NCBI GenBank assembly: GCA_964016885.1
Contig: OZ024741.1
Coordinates: forward strand, 159,402,001 to 159,466,000
DNA: 64,000 nt
DNA from: Eledone cirrhosa
Lineage: Eukaryota
Direction: 5' to 3'
Shown here: piece after piece, positions 35,624 to 48,788 of the stretch
Position numbering within the stretch: position 1 is the stretch's first letter
Layout of the letters: each line of letters starts with the position of its first letter
Translations under genes and position numbers: made by a program
Notes under the pieces: model-generated
The model's database searches: none
What the model was told of the DNA's origin: nothing
The model's input: only the letters and a program-made list of their open reading frames with translations

Positions 35624-36071
35624 CACATAAACACATCACATCAGATAAATGTACATCTTATAAAATGTGTGTACATATATATATATATATATTAGGGGTG
35701 TATACGAAAGCATATATGATATACTTGTGTATCATAAACATACACGAGCCTCACTATGAATGTTCCAAGCTGTGAGCATATATTACAGCTATCTCAATAG
35801 TTAGTGAGAATGCCAGAGTTAGGGAACTTTTAACCATTATCAGTGACATTTACTTACTTGGTACAAAAATAAGCTATAGCTTACATACTCTTTTGCATAT
35901 GAAACATTGACTGCAGATGCTCATTTGCATATAGTACTACTGCTGATATATATAAACACACACACACACATCTATTTCAATGTGATTGTTTGTAAGCACA
36001 TTATATATATATATATATTAGTAAAAAGATGCATAAGAAAACCTAGATAATACAATTTTAAAATATATATA

Positions 36072-36518
36072 TATTTATTAAAATAACAGATTAAAGTTTA
36101 AGCAAAGAATCGCTGCTTTCGCCCTTAACGGGATCTTCTGAAACTAAAAAAAATCAATCTGTGAATGCAGAAGTAAATATTTTGAGAAACGTTCCGTTCA
36201 TTGCCAGAGAACGTCTCCACGAACCACCTAATAGGATATTAGTCTACGATTTCATTTACACTATAAACGTGGTTTTGTCTGTGTGTAATTGTTTTCACCG
36301 CTCCTAATTATGACGTGTTATCTTCGTTTTTTTCTGTTCTTTGCTAGGGAAAGTTTCCACGAACCAAAGTATCGTCTTCCTGTCTTCCTTCGGTGGCAAC
36401 GTTTTCCGAAATATTTACTTCTGCGTTCACAGATAGATTTTTTTAGTTTCAGAAGATCCTGTTAAGGGTGAAAGCAGCGATTCTTTGCTTAAACTTTAAT
36501 CTGTTATTTTAATAAATA
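36072..36518. mobile_element. Fold-back element next to (TA)n; PLE-like architecture
   Basis: About 36072-36195 is inverted at about 36397-36518. Only a variant CAGAAGA...GAAA hammerhead-like motif is present. Confidence 0.55.
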
Positions 36519-36806
36519 TTTGCTCTACAGTCCTTATATATTTGATATATATTTATCCTTATCGAGCCCTCTTTCGGATTTTAGTCTTCAAATTTATTAT
36601 TATTACTATTATAGAGAGAGAGAGAGAGAGAGAGATATGTTACTAGTTAAGACCATTATTCAACTTAGTACTCCATATTTAAGGAAAGTAGAGTGTAGAC
36701 AGAGGATAGAGAGCCAGTTTTGATATTAAGATAGGAACTTCATTTCCTATCTTGACATCGAAATATTTTAAAATTGACAATTGGTCTCCTGTAATAATAC
36801 ACCTGC

Positions 36807-36867
<61 letters not shown>

Positions 36868-37249
36868 CACACACATATTTACAAAATTCACATAAAATGT
36901 ACATTTTAACACAGTATGGTGTAAAGGTGAAAGTAGAAAGATCATTTCTTTTTTTCTCTCTTTCTTTCTTATTTTCTCCAACTTTTTTCTTGATATGAAA
37001 AAAATGTAAATAAATAAAGAAAAACAGAACAAAATCTTCAACAATTCTATTGAAGAATACAAGCAGGGGGAAGAATTATAAAAAAAAAAGAAAAAGAAAT
37101 AAAAATATAAAATAAAATAAGAACACAAGAGATGGAAGCAATTCAACAACTTTAGAGATTTATGAACAAGGAAAATTAATTTAGGATGTTAATTAATAGA
37201 AATATCACAATGAAAGAAAGAAAACAACATTATTTCACTAATGATTGGG

Positions 37250-37860
37250 GTTTCTAACATACACACAAGGCCAAAAACTTGTGTGGAGAGCAGTTAGTCA
37301 GTTACACTGACCACAGTACTTGACTGGTACCTTATTTTATCGACTTCCCCAGAAGGATGAAAGGCAAAGTTGACCTTAGTGGGATTTGAACACAGAACAT
37401 AAAGAGCCAGAACAAATACCCGCAAAACAATTTTGCCCACCACTCCAATGACACTGTCAATTCATTGTCCTTTAAATAATAATTGTTTCTACTTTTGGCA
37501 CAAGGCCAGCAATTACCCCAGTGTATTACTGGTACTTTATTTTGTCGACCCCGTAAGGATGAAAGGCAAAGTTAACCTCGGCGGGATTTGAACTCAGACC
37601 ATAAAAGGCCGTAACTCTTTGATGCAAAGCATGGCGTCCGACCCTCTACCGATACTACCAATCCACCATCCTTTAAATAATAATGGTTTCTAATTTAGGT
37701 ACAAGGCCAGCCAGCAATTTTGGATGGAAGGGAAAGTCGATTAAATCAACCCCAGTATTTAATGTACTTTATTTCACCAACCTCTGAAGCAAAAAAAAAA
37801 TTGACATGGAGGCAGAGGTGATTTTGAAGTCAGAAGGTAAAAGGTTATAACTGAACTCCA
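37250..37860 (-). mobile_element. Cluster of SINE family B-type copies; youngest at 37481-37669
   Basis: Three tandem minus-strand copies. The youngest is flanked by TCCTTTAAATAATAAT. Further decayed copies at about 38300-38650. Confidence 0.75.
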
Positions 37861-38847
37861 CAAAGCATTTCATGATAAAAATTAAATGATGCAAAGGGTT
37901 AAAAAAAATGCTAAATGAGGTTTAAAATGAGTACAGTTGTGTGAAGTTCAGCAGTATATGGGTGGTGGTTGAGTAAGAGGTAGAGAATATTGAACAAGAT
38001 ATATAGAGAATTTAGCCTGCTAGTCAACTTTTGCTGGTACCTTGCTGCCTTAATTAAAATGATAATTATGATGATGATAATGAGGATTTAGGTTTAATTG
38101 GCCTCCTATGAGGTTGCATCACATATTTTTCTTAGGGCTTTTTATAGATAGGGGCTTCAGTCATATCAACAAAATCAATGCAAAATGAAGTGTCTTGCTT
38201 AAGAACACAATATGCTGCCCTATTCAGGAATCGAACCCATGACTTTATGATTGTGGGTTCAACATCTTTCACAATGATGATAATGATAATAATAGTGATT
38301 TCTAATTTAGGCACAAGGTCAGCGATTTTGAAGAAAGGAAAAGTTTATATAAATCAACCCCAGTACCTGACAGGTACTTGATTTTTTCGATCCCAGAAGG
38401 ATGAAAGGCAAAGTTGACCTTAAAGAGTTGTAATTAAATAATGTAAGGCATTTTTGTCCAATGCTCTAACAATTCTCCCAATCCACCAACTTTATAATAA
38501 CAATAATTATAAAGAAAAAAATGTTTCTACTGTAGGCAAAAGGCCAGAAATTTAGGGAGAGGTTTTAATTGATTAAATTGACCCCAATACAGGACTGGTA
38601 CTTTATTCTATTGAGTCAGGGATGAGAAGCAAAGTTGACATCAAATTTTTTTTAGGTCAACTTAGTCATTCATCCTTTGGAGGTGGATAAAATAAAGTAG
38701 CAATTAAGTAATGGGATTGATTAACCCTTCCCTCAAAAACAAAAGAGCAGTGAAGGTAATGAGGAGATGATAAAAATGAAAAGAAGACAAAAAAAATCTA
38801 CAATGGAAAAAAAAAAAGAGTGCTATGTGATATGATGTGTCTGTGTT

Positions 38848-39787
38848 TTATCCATTTACTTCACCAAACTGCTTCATTAGATCTTGCGGATTGGTTCCAA
38901 CCATTTCTATAACAAGTTCAGAACCACACATACCAACATGAAGAACAGGTAGTTTCTCTTTGTTCTCAAACAGTGACTGTAGTTCAGCATCGGTTATGTC
39001 GGTCATTTCTTCTTCAGGTTCATTGGAATTAGTGGTCGAAGCTCTCTGCGAGTCGTTGTTGCCGTTCTTGTGATGTGAACCTATTGGCACTACCTTGCTA
39101 CTTTTGTTGGTGGCAGCGTTGCTGCTAGGTGCTGTTTCCAGGTCTTTCATCACTTGCATGTCGCTCGGAATGTGTCTGATGATGCTTGCTTCTTTGCTGC
39201 GCGAACTCGGGATGCACTTACTTGTGGCACGCCCATCCTTGTCGGTGTTGTAAGGTTGGGATTGAGGCTGGGAGGAGCTCCGCGACTCGGAGTTGATGCC
39301 CAGGATTAACTCGGGTGAGTCGAATGTGCGATGATCAAAGTCATTATCTGCCCAGCAGTCGTCGATGATTTGGCGAACAATGTTGGAAAGGTCATCTATC
39401 GCTGGAAGTTGGAGGTCTTCGTCAATGTTCATCTTGTCGGACAGCGGTCCATCTTTGTCAGAGGAGGTGGCTGAGGAGGGCAGGGGTGCCGAGGAAAGGT
39501 GGCTGCTATTGGACATATAGGAGGATGAAGAGGAAGAAGTGTGCGGGGCCTGCTGTTGGAGGGAAACATTGGTGCTCCCTGCATTACTGTTTGTGGAAAA
39601 TGTGTTGTGAAATGTATTAGACATAATGGTGGTTGGTACAATAGCTTTCTCCATAGGGTGGGCTGCTGGGGGCTTATTTGCTGGCTGTTGTTGCTGTTGT
39701 TGTTGTTGTTGTTGCTGTTGTTGTTGCTGTTGTTGTTGTTGCTGTTGTTGCTGCTGCTGTTGTTGTTGTTGTTGTTGTTGCTGCTGC

Positions 39788-39834
<47 letters not shown>

Positions 39835-41472
39835 CTGCTGCTGTTGCTGTTGTAATAGTTGATGTAACTGAGGTGGTGGTGGCTGTGGGGCTTGTTGTTG
39901 TTGTTGCTGCTGCTGTTGCTGTTGTTGGTGCTGCTGTTGTTGCTGTTGTTGTTGCTGTTGTTGTTGCTGTTGTTGTTGTTGTTGTTGTGGTTGCTGCGGC
40001 TGTAACTGCTGTTGACTAGAGCTGGTGTAATTGTCTGAGCTTGTGTTCCATTGAGAGGGTTTGTGCCACAAAGAGAAGGAGGAAGAAGTAGAGGATGTAG
40101 GGGCAGCAGGAGGGTCCTGGTAACCTGCAGTCAGTTTACTGATAGAAGAGGACGGAGGGGGAGGTGGCATTGAGGAAGTCGGTGCTTTTGGCTGGTTAGC
40201 AGCCATGCCAAATGTACTCTGTGCTTGGTTGTTGTACATTTGTACGGTGACATTGGGAGCCTGGGTAATAGAGGGGTGGATACGATAAGGACTGGCAGAG
40301 TGTTGGGTAAACTGGCCTTGACGGTTTACCACTGCTTTGTTAGCATTTAGCTGGGAGAATTGGTTTGCCTGTAACAGTTGATTGAGTGTTGGCATTAAGG
40401 GTTGCTGGCTCATGTACTGGCCATCCTTCTCCTGCTGGTTGAGCAAAGGCTGTGGGTTACCATACTGAAGACTGGGCTGGCTCCCAACTGGGTAGGGTCT
40501 CGGGGTGTTCTGATATGAAGGAGGACTGGGTTTCGGTTGTAACGTACGCAGTGTGAGGGTGTTTGGGTTCTGTCTGTTGCTGTTGTAGTGCTGGCTCTGC
40601 TGGTGTGCATAGCTACTGTTCTGGCTGGCCACTTGATTTGCTTTGCCCACCAAAAGAGCAGACAGTGCAGGGCTGCGGAGATCTTGTGCACTTGATAAGA
40701 ACTGCTTGGTGCCTTGCTGCTGCTGCTGCTGCTGCTGCTGTTGTTGCTGTTGTTGCTGCTGCATCTGGTTCACCATCGCTATCTCGGATGTCTGGTTCAC
40801 ATAACGTATCGTTTGGTTTGGATTTGATACTGGTGTCTGGTAGTGGACATTAGCCATGCTACCTTGCGGAGGCTGGTACCTCAGACTGACACCAGCAGCT
40901 CCTTGCTGAGATGGGGGTGCTGTCGACTGGAATCGGACACCAATGTTACTGTTGTTTGGTGATGAACGTTGGTATCTTACCGCTGCTGAGTTATTCGGAG
41001 ATGACGAGCTTTGATAAAGGCGCACGACTTGAGTAGGAGACTGGTTCTGGTAGCGAATGTTGGCGACATTCTGTGATGGGTGAGGGGCGGGACCTGCATT
41101 TTGGTAAATCCGGGCTACATTACCTCCTTGTGGATTGCCTGCAAACGGAACACCGTGAGTGTAGTACATTGTCTCACCACCGACACCTGACAGTGGTTGG
41201 TTAGCAAGAGATGCAGCGGAAGACCTTGAAGGGATCTGCTGCACATTGCCAAATGCGGCACCACCAGAAGTTCCGCTGCAGCTACTACTATAAGGCATTG
41301 GCTCTCGTTTGATGGTTGCCGTCATCGGTGCCATTGATATATTCATACCAGAATGAGAAATAGCCGGGTTGTAGTTGGACTGGTAGTTAGCAGCCATAGC
41401 TTGTTGCTGCTGTTGTTGCTGTTGCTGCTGTTGAACAAGTTGGTTACGGTCGGTGGCCCAACTGCTCATCAT
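38848..41472 (-). CDS. Large Q/P/S/N-rich low-complexity protein (~874 aa from MMSSW); possibly a nuclear co-regulator; family not identified
   Basis: 2.6-kb open frame with clearly higher GC than its flanks and mixed CAA/CAG polyQ tracts. Acceptor-like TTTTATCAG just upstream of 41625, so the ORF-track start at 41643 is probably intronic. LxxLL motifs and acidic C-terminus. Confidence 0.85.
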
Positions 41473-41699
41473 TGGTAATATATGTAGACACACACAGACA
41501 CAGCAAAACAGTTGGAGATGAGTATTGAATAAAGCTTCGTAAATTGACGATATGTCAGGATTGTCTTGCTGGTAGAGGTTTTCCTTTTCCTGGTGAATTT
41601 CTTCAACAAACCTCTTCACATAGACCTGATAAAATAAATACATAAAAAATATCTTTTAGAAGAATATAGTCATAGTATTTACTCTTTTGAGCAACTTCT

Positions 41700-42090
41700 G
41701 CCATTACTAATTAGGTCACCTAGGAATCAGAAGCTATCAACTACTTCTATGGAACCTACCTGGAATTAGAAGAAGTTTATTTAACTGTTATTCTTACTAC
41801 CAACTATCCATGTACATCTACTGCATACAAAGTCTACTTTTTCTGTTAGATTGCCTGCTATCCCACTACACCTCTTGTGTACTCAAGATTTACATTGTGT
41901 ACATTGCATAAAGTTTTTGCCAACTTTTTTTCTACAAGGCCAGTTTCCTGATCAAATCAGAGTCCTGTCTTCTTTCTTATTAACTAAAACTTCCAAGTTT
42001 ACTCTAAGCCCTTTTGATTCTAAATTCTGTTTCCACAACCAGAATTTCTTCTCAAGCTCTTCAACATAATTCAGCTATAAGAACCAGGTT
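41700..42090 (-). mobile_element. Decayed RTE LINE fragment (RT and Cys-rich insert region)
   Basis: Similar on the minus strand to 13080-13480. Confidence 0.65.
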
Positions 42091-43956
42091 AGCAAATTAA
42101 ATTTGTAACAATAACTTGAATACGTTTGACCATTTTATAGTTACTTTTAAACATGGAATACTAAATGCTGTAATTTTAACTCATCATGAAACAAGAGCTT
42201 CCAGGATTACCTAGAACATCCAGCTGTAGAAAATCTGCCCAACAAAGAGTTGGGAAAATTCTTTAGCTATACTAAAGACATAACTTCTCTAGTGTTGGTG
42301 CCATGATAAAATACACTGTTGAGTGTGGAATCACATGTTGGACCGCTAGCCCACTCTGTGACAACACATCCAACCCCTGCTAACAGATAAAATGAATGTT
42401 AAACGATGATGATGGTGGTATATATACGACAGGCTTCTGCAATTTTCATCTACCAATTTCGTTTAGTAGAAGAAACTTACCCAAGATGCTACACAGCTTG
42501 ACTGAATCCAGAACCAAGTGATTGTGAAGCAAACTCCTCAATTACTCTGCCATGTTTTAGTTTATTGAGGTATTTAAAAACGAACCAACTGATAAAACAA
42601 ATTACACTACTGAAATATCTAACCTGATCGAAGGAACCCTATTAGCCAATAAAGGGGCTTTTGACGGTTACTTGACCAGCTAGAAACAGCAGTCAACTCT
42701 CCCTCAAATTACACACTAGGGCACAGGGTTTAATCCTTTTGTTACCATATTTCTAAAGAAATACACTGCCTATGTGTCTCAATTAATTTCGAAAATTTGA
42801 AGAATTTAATGAAATAACTAACCTTTTCAATAGTAAGCTGATATTTGAAACATTAATTAACATAAATTTTTAAAATAAAATTATGATGGATAGTTTTAAT
42901 TGTCATAAAACCAGGCATGTTGGTCTCAAAAGGGTTAAATATTTTAGTATGTACTCAATAACCTCTAGATGTGTCATGAAATCAAGTCAAGCCTGATCAA
43001 TTTTTACAGATATTTGGCTGTGAAGTATATATAACTGTGTGTACAATTAGGCACATGGTTGGTGCCATGGGATCCTACATCCGGTCTCTATACTGGCATG
43101 GATTGGACAGGCTGTCACAATCTGCGACCAGACAGGTTGGCGCAATCCATCTTGCTCGTTTCATTCTGTATCTGGCAAGATTTTATATTTGGCTGGTTAC
43201 CCTTCCTAACACCTTACAGAGTGTACTGGGTGCATTTTATTGTGGCACTAACACTATACAGGGTATACTGGGTGAATTTTATAGTGACACTAATGCTAAT
43301 ACTTTACAAGGTATTGTGATATTTAATTGTAATTTATTAATTTCATGTTGCTAACAAATTTCATAAATGTCCCATCAATGTGAAATATTTGGAAAGCTCT
43401 GCACTTGTGTCTTTAAAAAAAAAGGACACATGCCAAAAAAGGTTGAGAGGACCCGTAGTTGTGTCAAGGGTATGACATCCTCTCTAGTGCTGATCTATAT
43501 GATAAATACACCATGTACATTCTGTAAAGGGGTTGGTGGTAGGAAGGGTATTAAGCCATAGAAAATCTGCCAAGAAGAGGGTTGGGAGAACTCTTCAGCT
43601 GTGTCGAAGACATGCAATGCAATTGGTAGAGCGTGGGAACGTTTTGTAAGTGAGATGCAGTACCTCAGGCTTGTCTGATCACTCTAACTGTAAGGACGTA
43701 TGTAAGCGAGATGTAGTACCCTGGTACAACTGAATGGTCAGTAGCTCTGTTTAAGTATTGTTTCTATCTGTGACAATCTATCCAACTCTTGCTAGCAGGG
43801 AAAATGGACGTTATATTATGATGATATGGAAAAGCAAAATTATAATCTAAATGAACAAGATAAGCATACACACAAGCAGACCTGTCAACTCTCCCCGTCC
43901 GATGGGGTGATCTCCCACCCACTTTGGGTTGGTTGAGAGATGTCTTCTCTTGTGAA

Positions 43957-44126
43957 ATCGGTAGAGGGTTGGACGCCATGCTTTCTAGCATAGTTACGTC
44001 CCTTTACAGTCTGAGTTCAAATCCCGCCGAGGTTAACTTTGCCTTTCACCCTTACGGGGTCGATAAAATAAAGTACCAGTAATGTACTGAATAATTGCTG
44101 GCCTTGTGCCTAAAGTAGAAACAATT
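43957..44126 (+). mobile_element. SINE family B copy
   Basis: Nearly identical to 7528-7698. Confidence 0.85.
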
Positions 44127-44807
44127 ATGTAAAATCTCCCCATTTTGCCTCATTTCTCCCCGTTTTGGGACACTTTTTATCATGGTACTCCTCGTTTGGA
44201 CTTATAGATGTTGGCAGGTCTGCACAAGCCACAAATTTTTATTTTCTATCTGTATTTACGATGTGATTTAAACTTTATTCGTTCCAGGTTACCTCAAATT
44301 CAATGTATGAAATAAAATTTACAGCTCAGACCTATGCAAATTTAGCTGGCCTCCTACGAGGTTGTACCACTTGGGTTTTTTAATGGTAACGGGGGTCCCA
44401 GCCCTATTATGAAAATCAAGCGTATTGGTTAAGAAGACAACATGCCGTCCAGTCAAGGAATAAAACTCATGACTTTATGATGGGGAATCAACACCCTAAC
44501 TACTGTGCCATGTATACAAAGATCAATGTATCTAACGAGACAAATTTAACACCACCAAGCATAGAGAATGTATTAAATAGATAGTAGTAGTTTATTTACT
44601 GGTTCACGTCGTCGCTATTAAGAATTTGTATACTACTATTTCTGCGTCCTTCTACATTTCATACATCGATAATATTATGGCTTTAGTTTCAAAGAATCTT
44701 AATAAACAATATTAAACATTTATTTGAGATAGGTTCAACTGGCACATTGTTCACGTTCCCCGTCATTGTGCCTATATACATACATACAAACACATTATAT
44801 ATACATA

Positions 44808-45285
44808 TATAACATTTTACTATATTACTATACATGTTTGTATATACACATAAACATACGTGTGTGTGTGTGTGTATATATATATTATATATATATATAC
44901 ACACGTGTGTGTGTGTATGTATTTAATACTATGTGATCATACATACATATGTATATCTATGATTTATACTTTAATCATTTGAGTAATAACATTTTACTAT
45001 ATTATTTCACACGTATGTGCATGTATATACATACCTGTGCCTGTGTACATATATGTATATATGCTGGAGATATTGATATGTATATATATGTATTTAATAC
45101 AATGTGATCAAATATATGTGTGTGTGTAGTTTATACTTAAATCATAACATTTTACTATATTATTTCACATATATGTGCATGTTTATACATAGATATGTCT
45201 GTACATACATATATGTATATACGCTGGAGATATTGGTATGTATATATAAATATATATGTGTATAGTTAAATGTATTTAATACGTA
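44808..45285. repeat. Degenerate ~160-180 bp tandem repeat rich in (TA)/(TG)
   Basis: ATAACATTTTACTATATTA occurs three times; ATATGTATATA-GCTGGAGATATTG recurs, including at about 45515-45540. Confidence 0.65.
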
Positions 45286-45286
45286 C

Positions 45287-45471
45287 TGTGTTCTGGAATA
45301 AAGATCAACCGTTTCAGATATGTGTATATTTAAGAAAGAATATGGTTATATATGTCTCGACGTGGCTTTCTCAAACATTGGGTCTTCTTTCTCTTCTTGT
45401 AGTTGCAGTTGTTCTTCGTTGACCATATACTGTGAAATCTTTGACATCTTGTCTTGTCTCTTTAAGTCTAT
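45287..45471 (-). other. Putative upstream (5' UTR/uORF) exon of the polyQ gene
   Basis: Non-repetitive island bounded on the minus strand by an AAG acceptor and a GTACGT donor. A further candidate exon ends at 45637 with a GTAACT donor. Confidence 0.4.
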
Positions 45472-45895
45472 CTTACACATAGAAGTATTTACATGTATAT
45501 GTTTATAATCACATATATGTATATATGCTGGAGATATTGGTGCTGGTTCCGTCTGGGAACCGTTATCTAAAAGAGTTAACCAACAGTTACGCATACATGC
45601 ACAGACACACATATATATATTAAGATACAAAGTTACGCGCACATAGACACACAGTTCAATGCGGATGCGTCTCAGGTTATGAAGAAGCATGTGTCGGAGG
45701 TGACAAAGTCATTGACGATGAAGAAGGGGTGTTGTTGATAGTAGAAATCCAAGACCCACAAAAATTTGTTTAGAGATGGAAGGAAACAACTTTGTTTTTC
45801 TGGCGATTCATGATTCATCACTTTTCACGTATTTTGTTATAAGCTCTTTGCATTATCGCTTGCGCAGAAATTACCAACGGCAATTTCGTTGTATA

Positions 45896-45926
<31 letters not shown>

Positions 45927-45949
45927 CATGTAACGAAGGGTATTACACA

Positions 45950-45985
<36 letters not shown>

Positions 45986-46154
45986 ATGAATATATACTTG
46001 TTATTCCGTATCTGTGGTTCCTTTACTCATAACATAATTTAGTTATTCCGTAACACTCCATTTAGCTGGTATGATCATGATTATTATTTATTACAATATT
46101 TATAAACACTAGTATCTGTCTCTCAAATCGAATTATTATTATTTTAAAGGTTTA

Positions 46155-46216
46155 AACCGGAAACGCTGTTAACTGAGTTTTTTTCTCTCTATTATTACCG
46201 TTCGTGACCGGAAGTA
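46155..46216. promoter_or_regulatory. Candidate promoter elements (ETS-type CCGGAA motifs) upstream of the polyQ gene
   Basis: ACCGGAAAC and ACCGGAAGT in a locally CpG-retaining stretch just 5' of the candidate first exon. Confidence 0.3.
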
Positions 46217-46662
46217 GTTCTCTAACATCTGTGATCAGTGGTAGTGGAAAGAGAAAGAAAAGATAGTGACAGAGGAAAATAAAAAATATTATAATAGGTA
46301 AAGAGATTAGAAGAGAGAGTGGGGGAAAAGAAAAAGAGAGTATCAATGAGGAGAGATCAAAGAAACAGTGAATTATCGGAAATGTTTTCTGATTTCGGCA
46401 CAAGGCCAACAATTTAGGGGGAGGGGAAGTCAAATCAACTCTGGTGCCTCACTTGTACTTTATTTTATCGACCCTGTAAGGATGAAAGGTAAAGCTAACT
46501 TCGGCGGGATTTGAACTCAGAACATAGGGGGACATAACTCAATGCCACAAAGCATGATACTGCCAAGGAATAAAGACATGAAAGAAAAGAAAGAAAGCTA
46601 AATATGGAAATAAAATCTTTCTATCTATCTATTCATCTGTCTGTACACACACACACACATAC

Positions 46663-46695
<33 letters not shown>

Positions 46696-46758
46696 ATTTC
46701 CTAGAGTAAATATTCAATGATATTAAATAAATGGAAACTATATTTATAAAACCATATT

Positions 46759-46821
46759 TATTTTATTATATATATTTCAAGGGTACCAAAACACTTTAAT
46801 ACGCTTTCTTCAGATAAAATA
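46759..46821 (-). ncRNA. Minimal type I hammerhead
   Basis: Minus strand: TATTTTAT CTGAAGA AAGCGTA...TACCCTT GAAATATATATA ATAAAATA. Loop II differs from 8172-8236 while stems and core are kept. Confidence 0.72.
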
Positions 46822-46979
46822 CAAAGTTTTATAAATAGAGACATACCCAGGAAAATCAAACCTTATCAGTTGGATATTCTCTGGATGTCCTACGCCATCT
46901 TGTTTTTGTGTGTCACGCAAAAACAAGATGGCGTAGGACAGAACAAAGGAGAGGCACAAAACAAAGAAAAGAATCCCCG

Positions 46980-47022
46980 GTCACTGAAGAGGTCACAGAA
47001 TGTGTGACGAAAGAACTTTGAC
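46980..47022 (+). ncRNA. Candidate minimal hammerhead
   Basis: GTCA CTGAAGA G GTCACA GAATG TGTGAC GAAAG AA CTT TGAC. Confidence 0.55.
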
Positions 47023-47171
47023 AATATATGAACAACCGTCCGGTTGTGGAACCAACCAGCCAACCGGAAATTTACAAATTTCTTAAATTTATAAATTTAA
47101 TTTATAATAAATTGGAGTGAAAGCAACTGGTGCGTGTGTTTCTTATTGGCAATATGACCCTCCCAAAGTAT

Positions 47172-47256
<85 letters not shown>

Positions 47257-48710
47257 TAACCGCTGTAAATAAGGTAGTCAATACATGTGTAGAGTGAAGA
47301 CAAGTTTATATTAAAAAAAGACCTCTACAGGACTAGAACTGTTTTATTCGTATGAAATCATCAGGAATTGCTTTGACATATGTTTCCCTATCTATTATAA
47401 ATTGGCTACACATGCTGACTACAATATATATTGTTCAATCATATGCAATACTTAATTATTTATTACACTTCATCAGAAAGCTTATAATAGTGGAATTCAA
47501 CGATTCACTACGCGGTAGAATTCAGTAATGGGATTTTCGTTTAAGAGAATGTAAATAAGTTAAAAATAGAATGAAATACAGTCAGTTAGTGTGATAGTAG
47601 AGAGGAGAGGAAGTGGGGATAAAGAGATTCACACTATTAATCTGTGTGCTGTGATGTGGAACAATTATTCTTTGACCATTGGTATAGGTGAAGGTTTTGA
47701 TACTTACCATATATGAGGGTAGAGAGGGTATAAAGAGAGGGACAGAAAAAGAGACGGTAGAGATTAAGAGTAGGCTAGAGTGGGTAAGGAGGAAAGGAAT
47801 TAAGAAAATGGGATTGGTTTGTATATTACTGAATCCATTGGATGTGAAAAGTTCAAATGCCACAGGAAATGTAGTAAATAGGATGTAATAAAACCTAGGT
47901 GTTAGGGATTGAATCTTGTTCTAGTCCAGTTTGTTTTTAGCGAAAGTTTTTAGAACCTTGTGTTTACAATTAAATATCCTATCATGCCAGGAATTTAGAA
48001 GGTCCTTTCTGGTCACTATTTCAATTACCTCCGCCAAAGGCACACATACTTATATAAAGTGGTTCAGTAAATTTGCGGTTTATTGAGGAAGGTACGAAAA
48101 TCAGCATTCTTTGCTATGGTTAAGTGTTTATATTAAAAACAAAACGAGGTTCCATATAAATGTCTTTAACCGCAACCATGCTAGTCGATACATCCATCTC
48201 CATTGATCAATCGACCTTCTGAAACGATCTTAAAACAATGAAGTATCTACATACACCTACTTCTTTTTTTTTTTTTTTTTTGTATTGTTCTATGCACACA
48301 CACACACATATATATATTCATGGACCACTGCTATCGATATAACACCATATTTGCAGGCTGTCCCCGAATCGAAATTTTCTACCTACTATTTTTTCTCTAT
48401 CTCCTATCTTCCATTCTGTGTTTGGGTGCATTTATCATGTATAGTATTTTCTGATTTATCATCCATTACCAAGGGGAGTCCGTATGGGTGTTGGACTTCA
48501 GAGAGAAACCTGAGAAAATAAATCGAAAAGCTGCCCACGATATTTCTCATGTTTCTCTCTGAGGTTCCCTCCTATTAACTACCCTTGATAATGGATGGTA
48601 AATCCGAAAATATTTGGGAATATAAAAATGACTATGGTAACTTCCTATCTTGGCATTTTTTACCAGAAACGCATTGTCGGACTTCCAAATAATCAAACGT
48701 ATTTCGTATG

Positions 48711-48783
<73 letters not shown>

Positions 48784-48788
<5 letters not shown>

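Larger units (their letters stand above)
46702..47100. mobile_element. Composite PLE terminal fragment: end of the 4733-8280 family, a 22-bp palindrome and a second hammerhead
   Basis: 46703-46886 matches 4815-5003. GTCCTACGCCATCTTGTTTTTG is inverted at 46887-46939. Hammerheads at 46759-46821 (-) and 46980-47022 (+). Confidence 0.7.

Noticed and set aside
36440-36485. Hammerhead in the 36072-36518 fold-back
   Set aside because: Both arms read CAGAAGA instead of CTGANGA, and stems I and III are not convincing. Not called as a ribozyme.
39541-40019. Poly-Leu, poly-Cys and poly-Val/Ala ORFs on the plus strand
   Set aside because: Antisense readings of the CAA/CAG polyQ tracts of the minus-strand gene.
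41473-41643. N-terminal 57 aa of the 931-aa ORF call
   Set aside because: Starts upstream of an acceptor-like site at 41625 and includes a (TG)n-derived CVCVC stretch; more likely intron plus 5' UTR.
45637-45690. LRRIRIELC resembles the Mastermind N-terminal LRRRIELC helix, upstream of a polyQ ORF
   Set aside because: The match is short and needs an insertion, the rest of the Mastermind helix is absent, and I found no splice path keeping it in frame with the polyQ ORF.
47900-48230. Possible decayed GIY-YIG coding sequence upstream of the minus-strand hammerhead relic at about 47322-47368
   Set aside because: No continuous motif could be read with confidence by eye.
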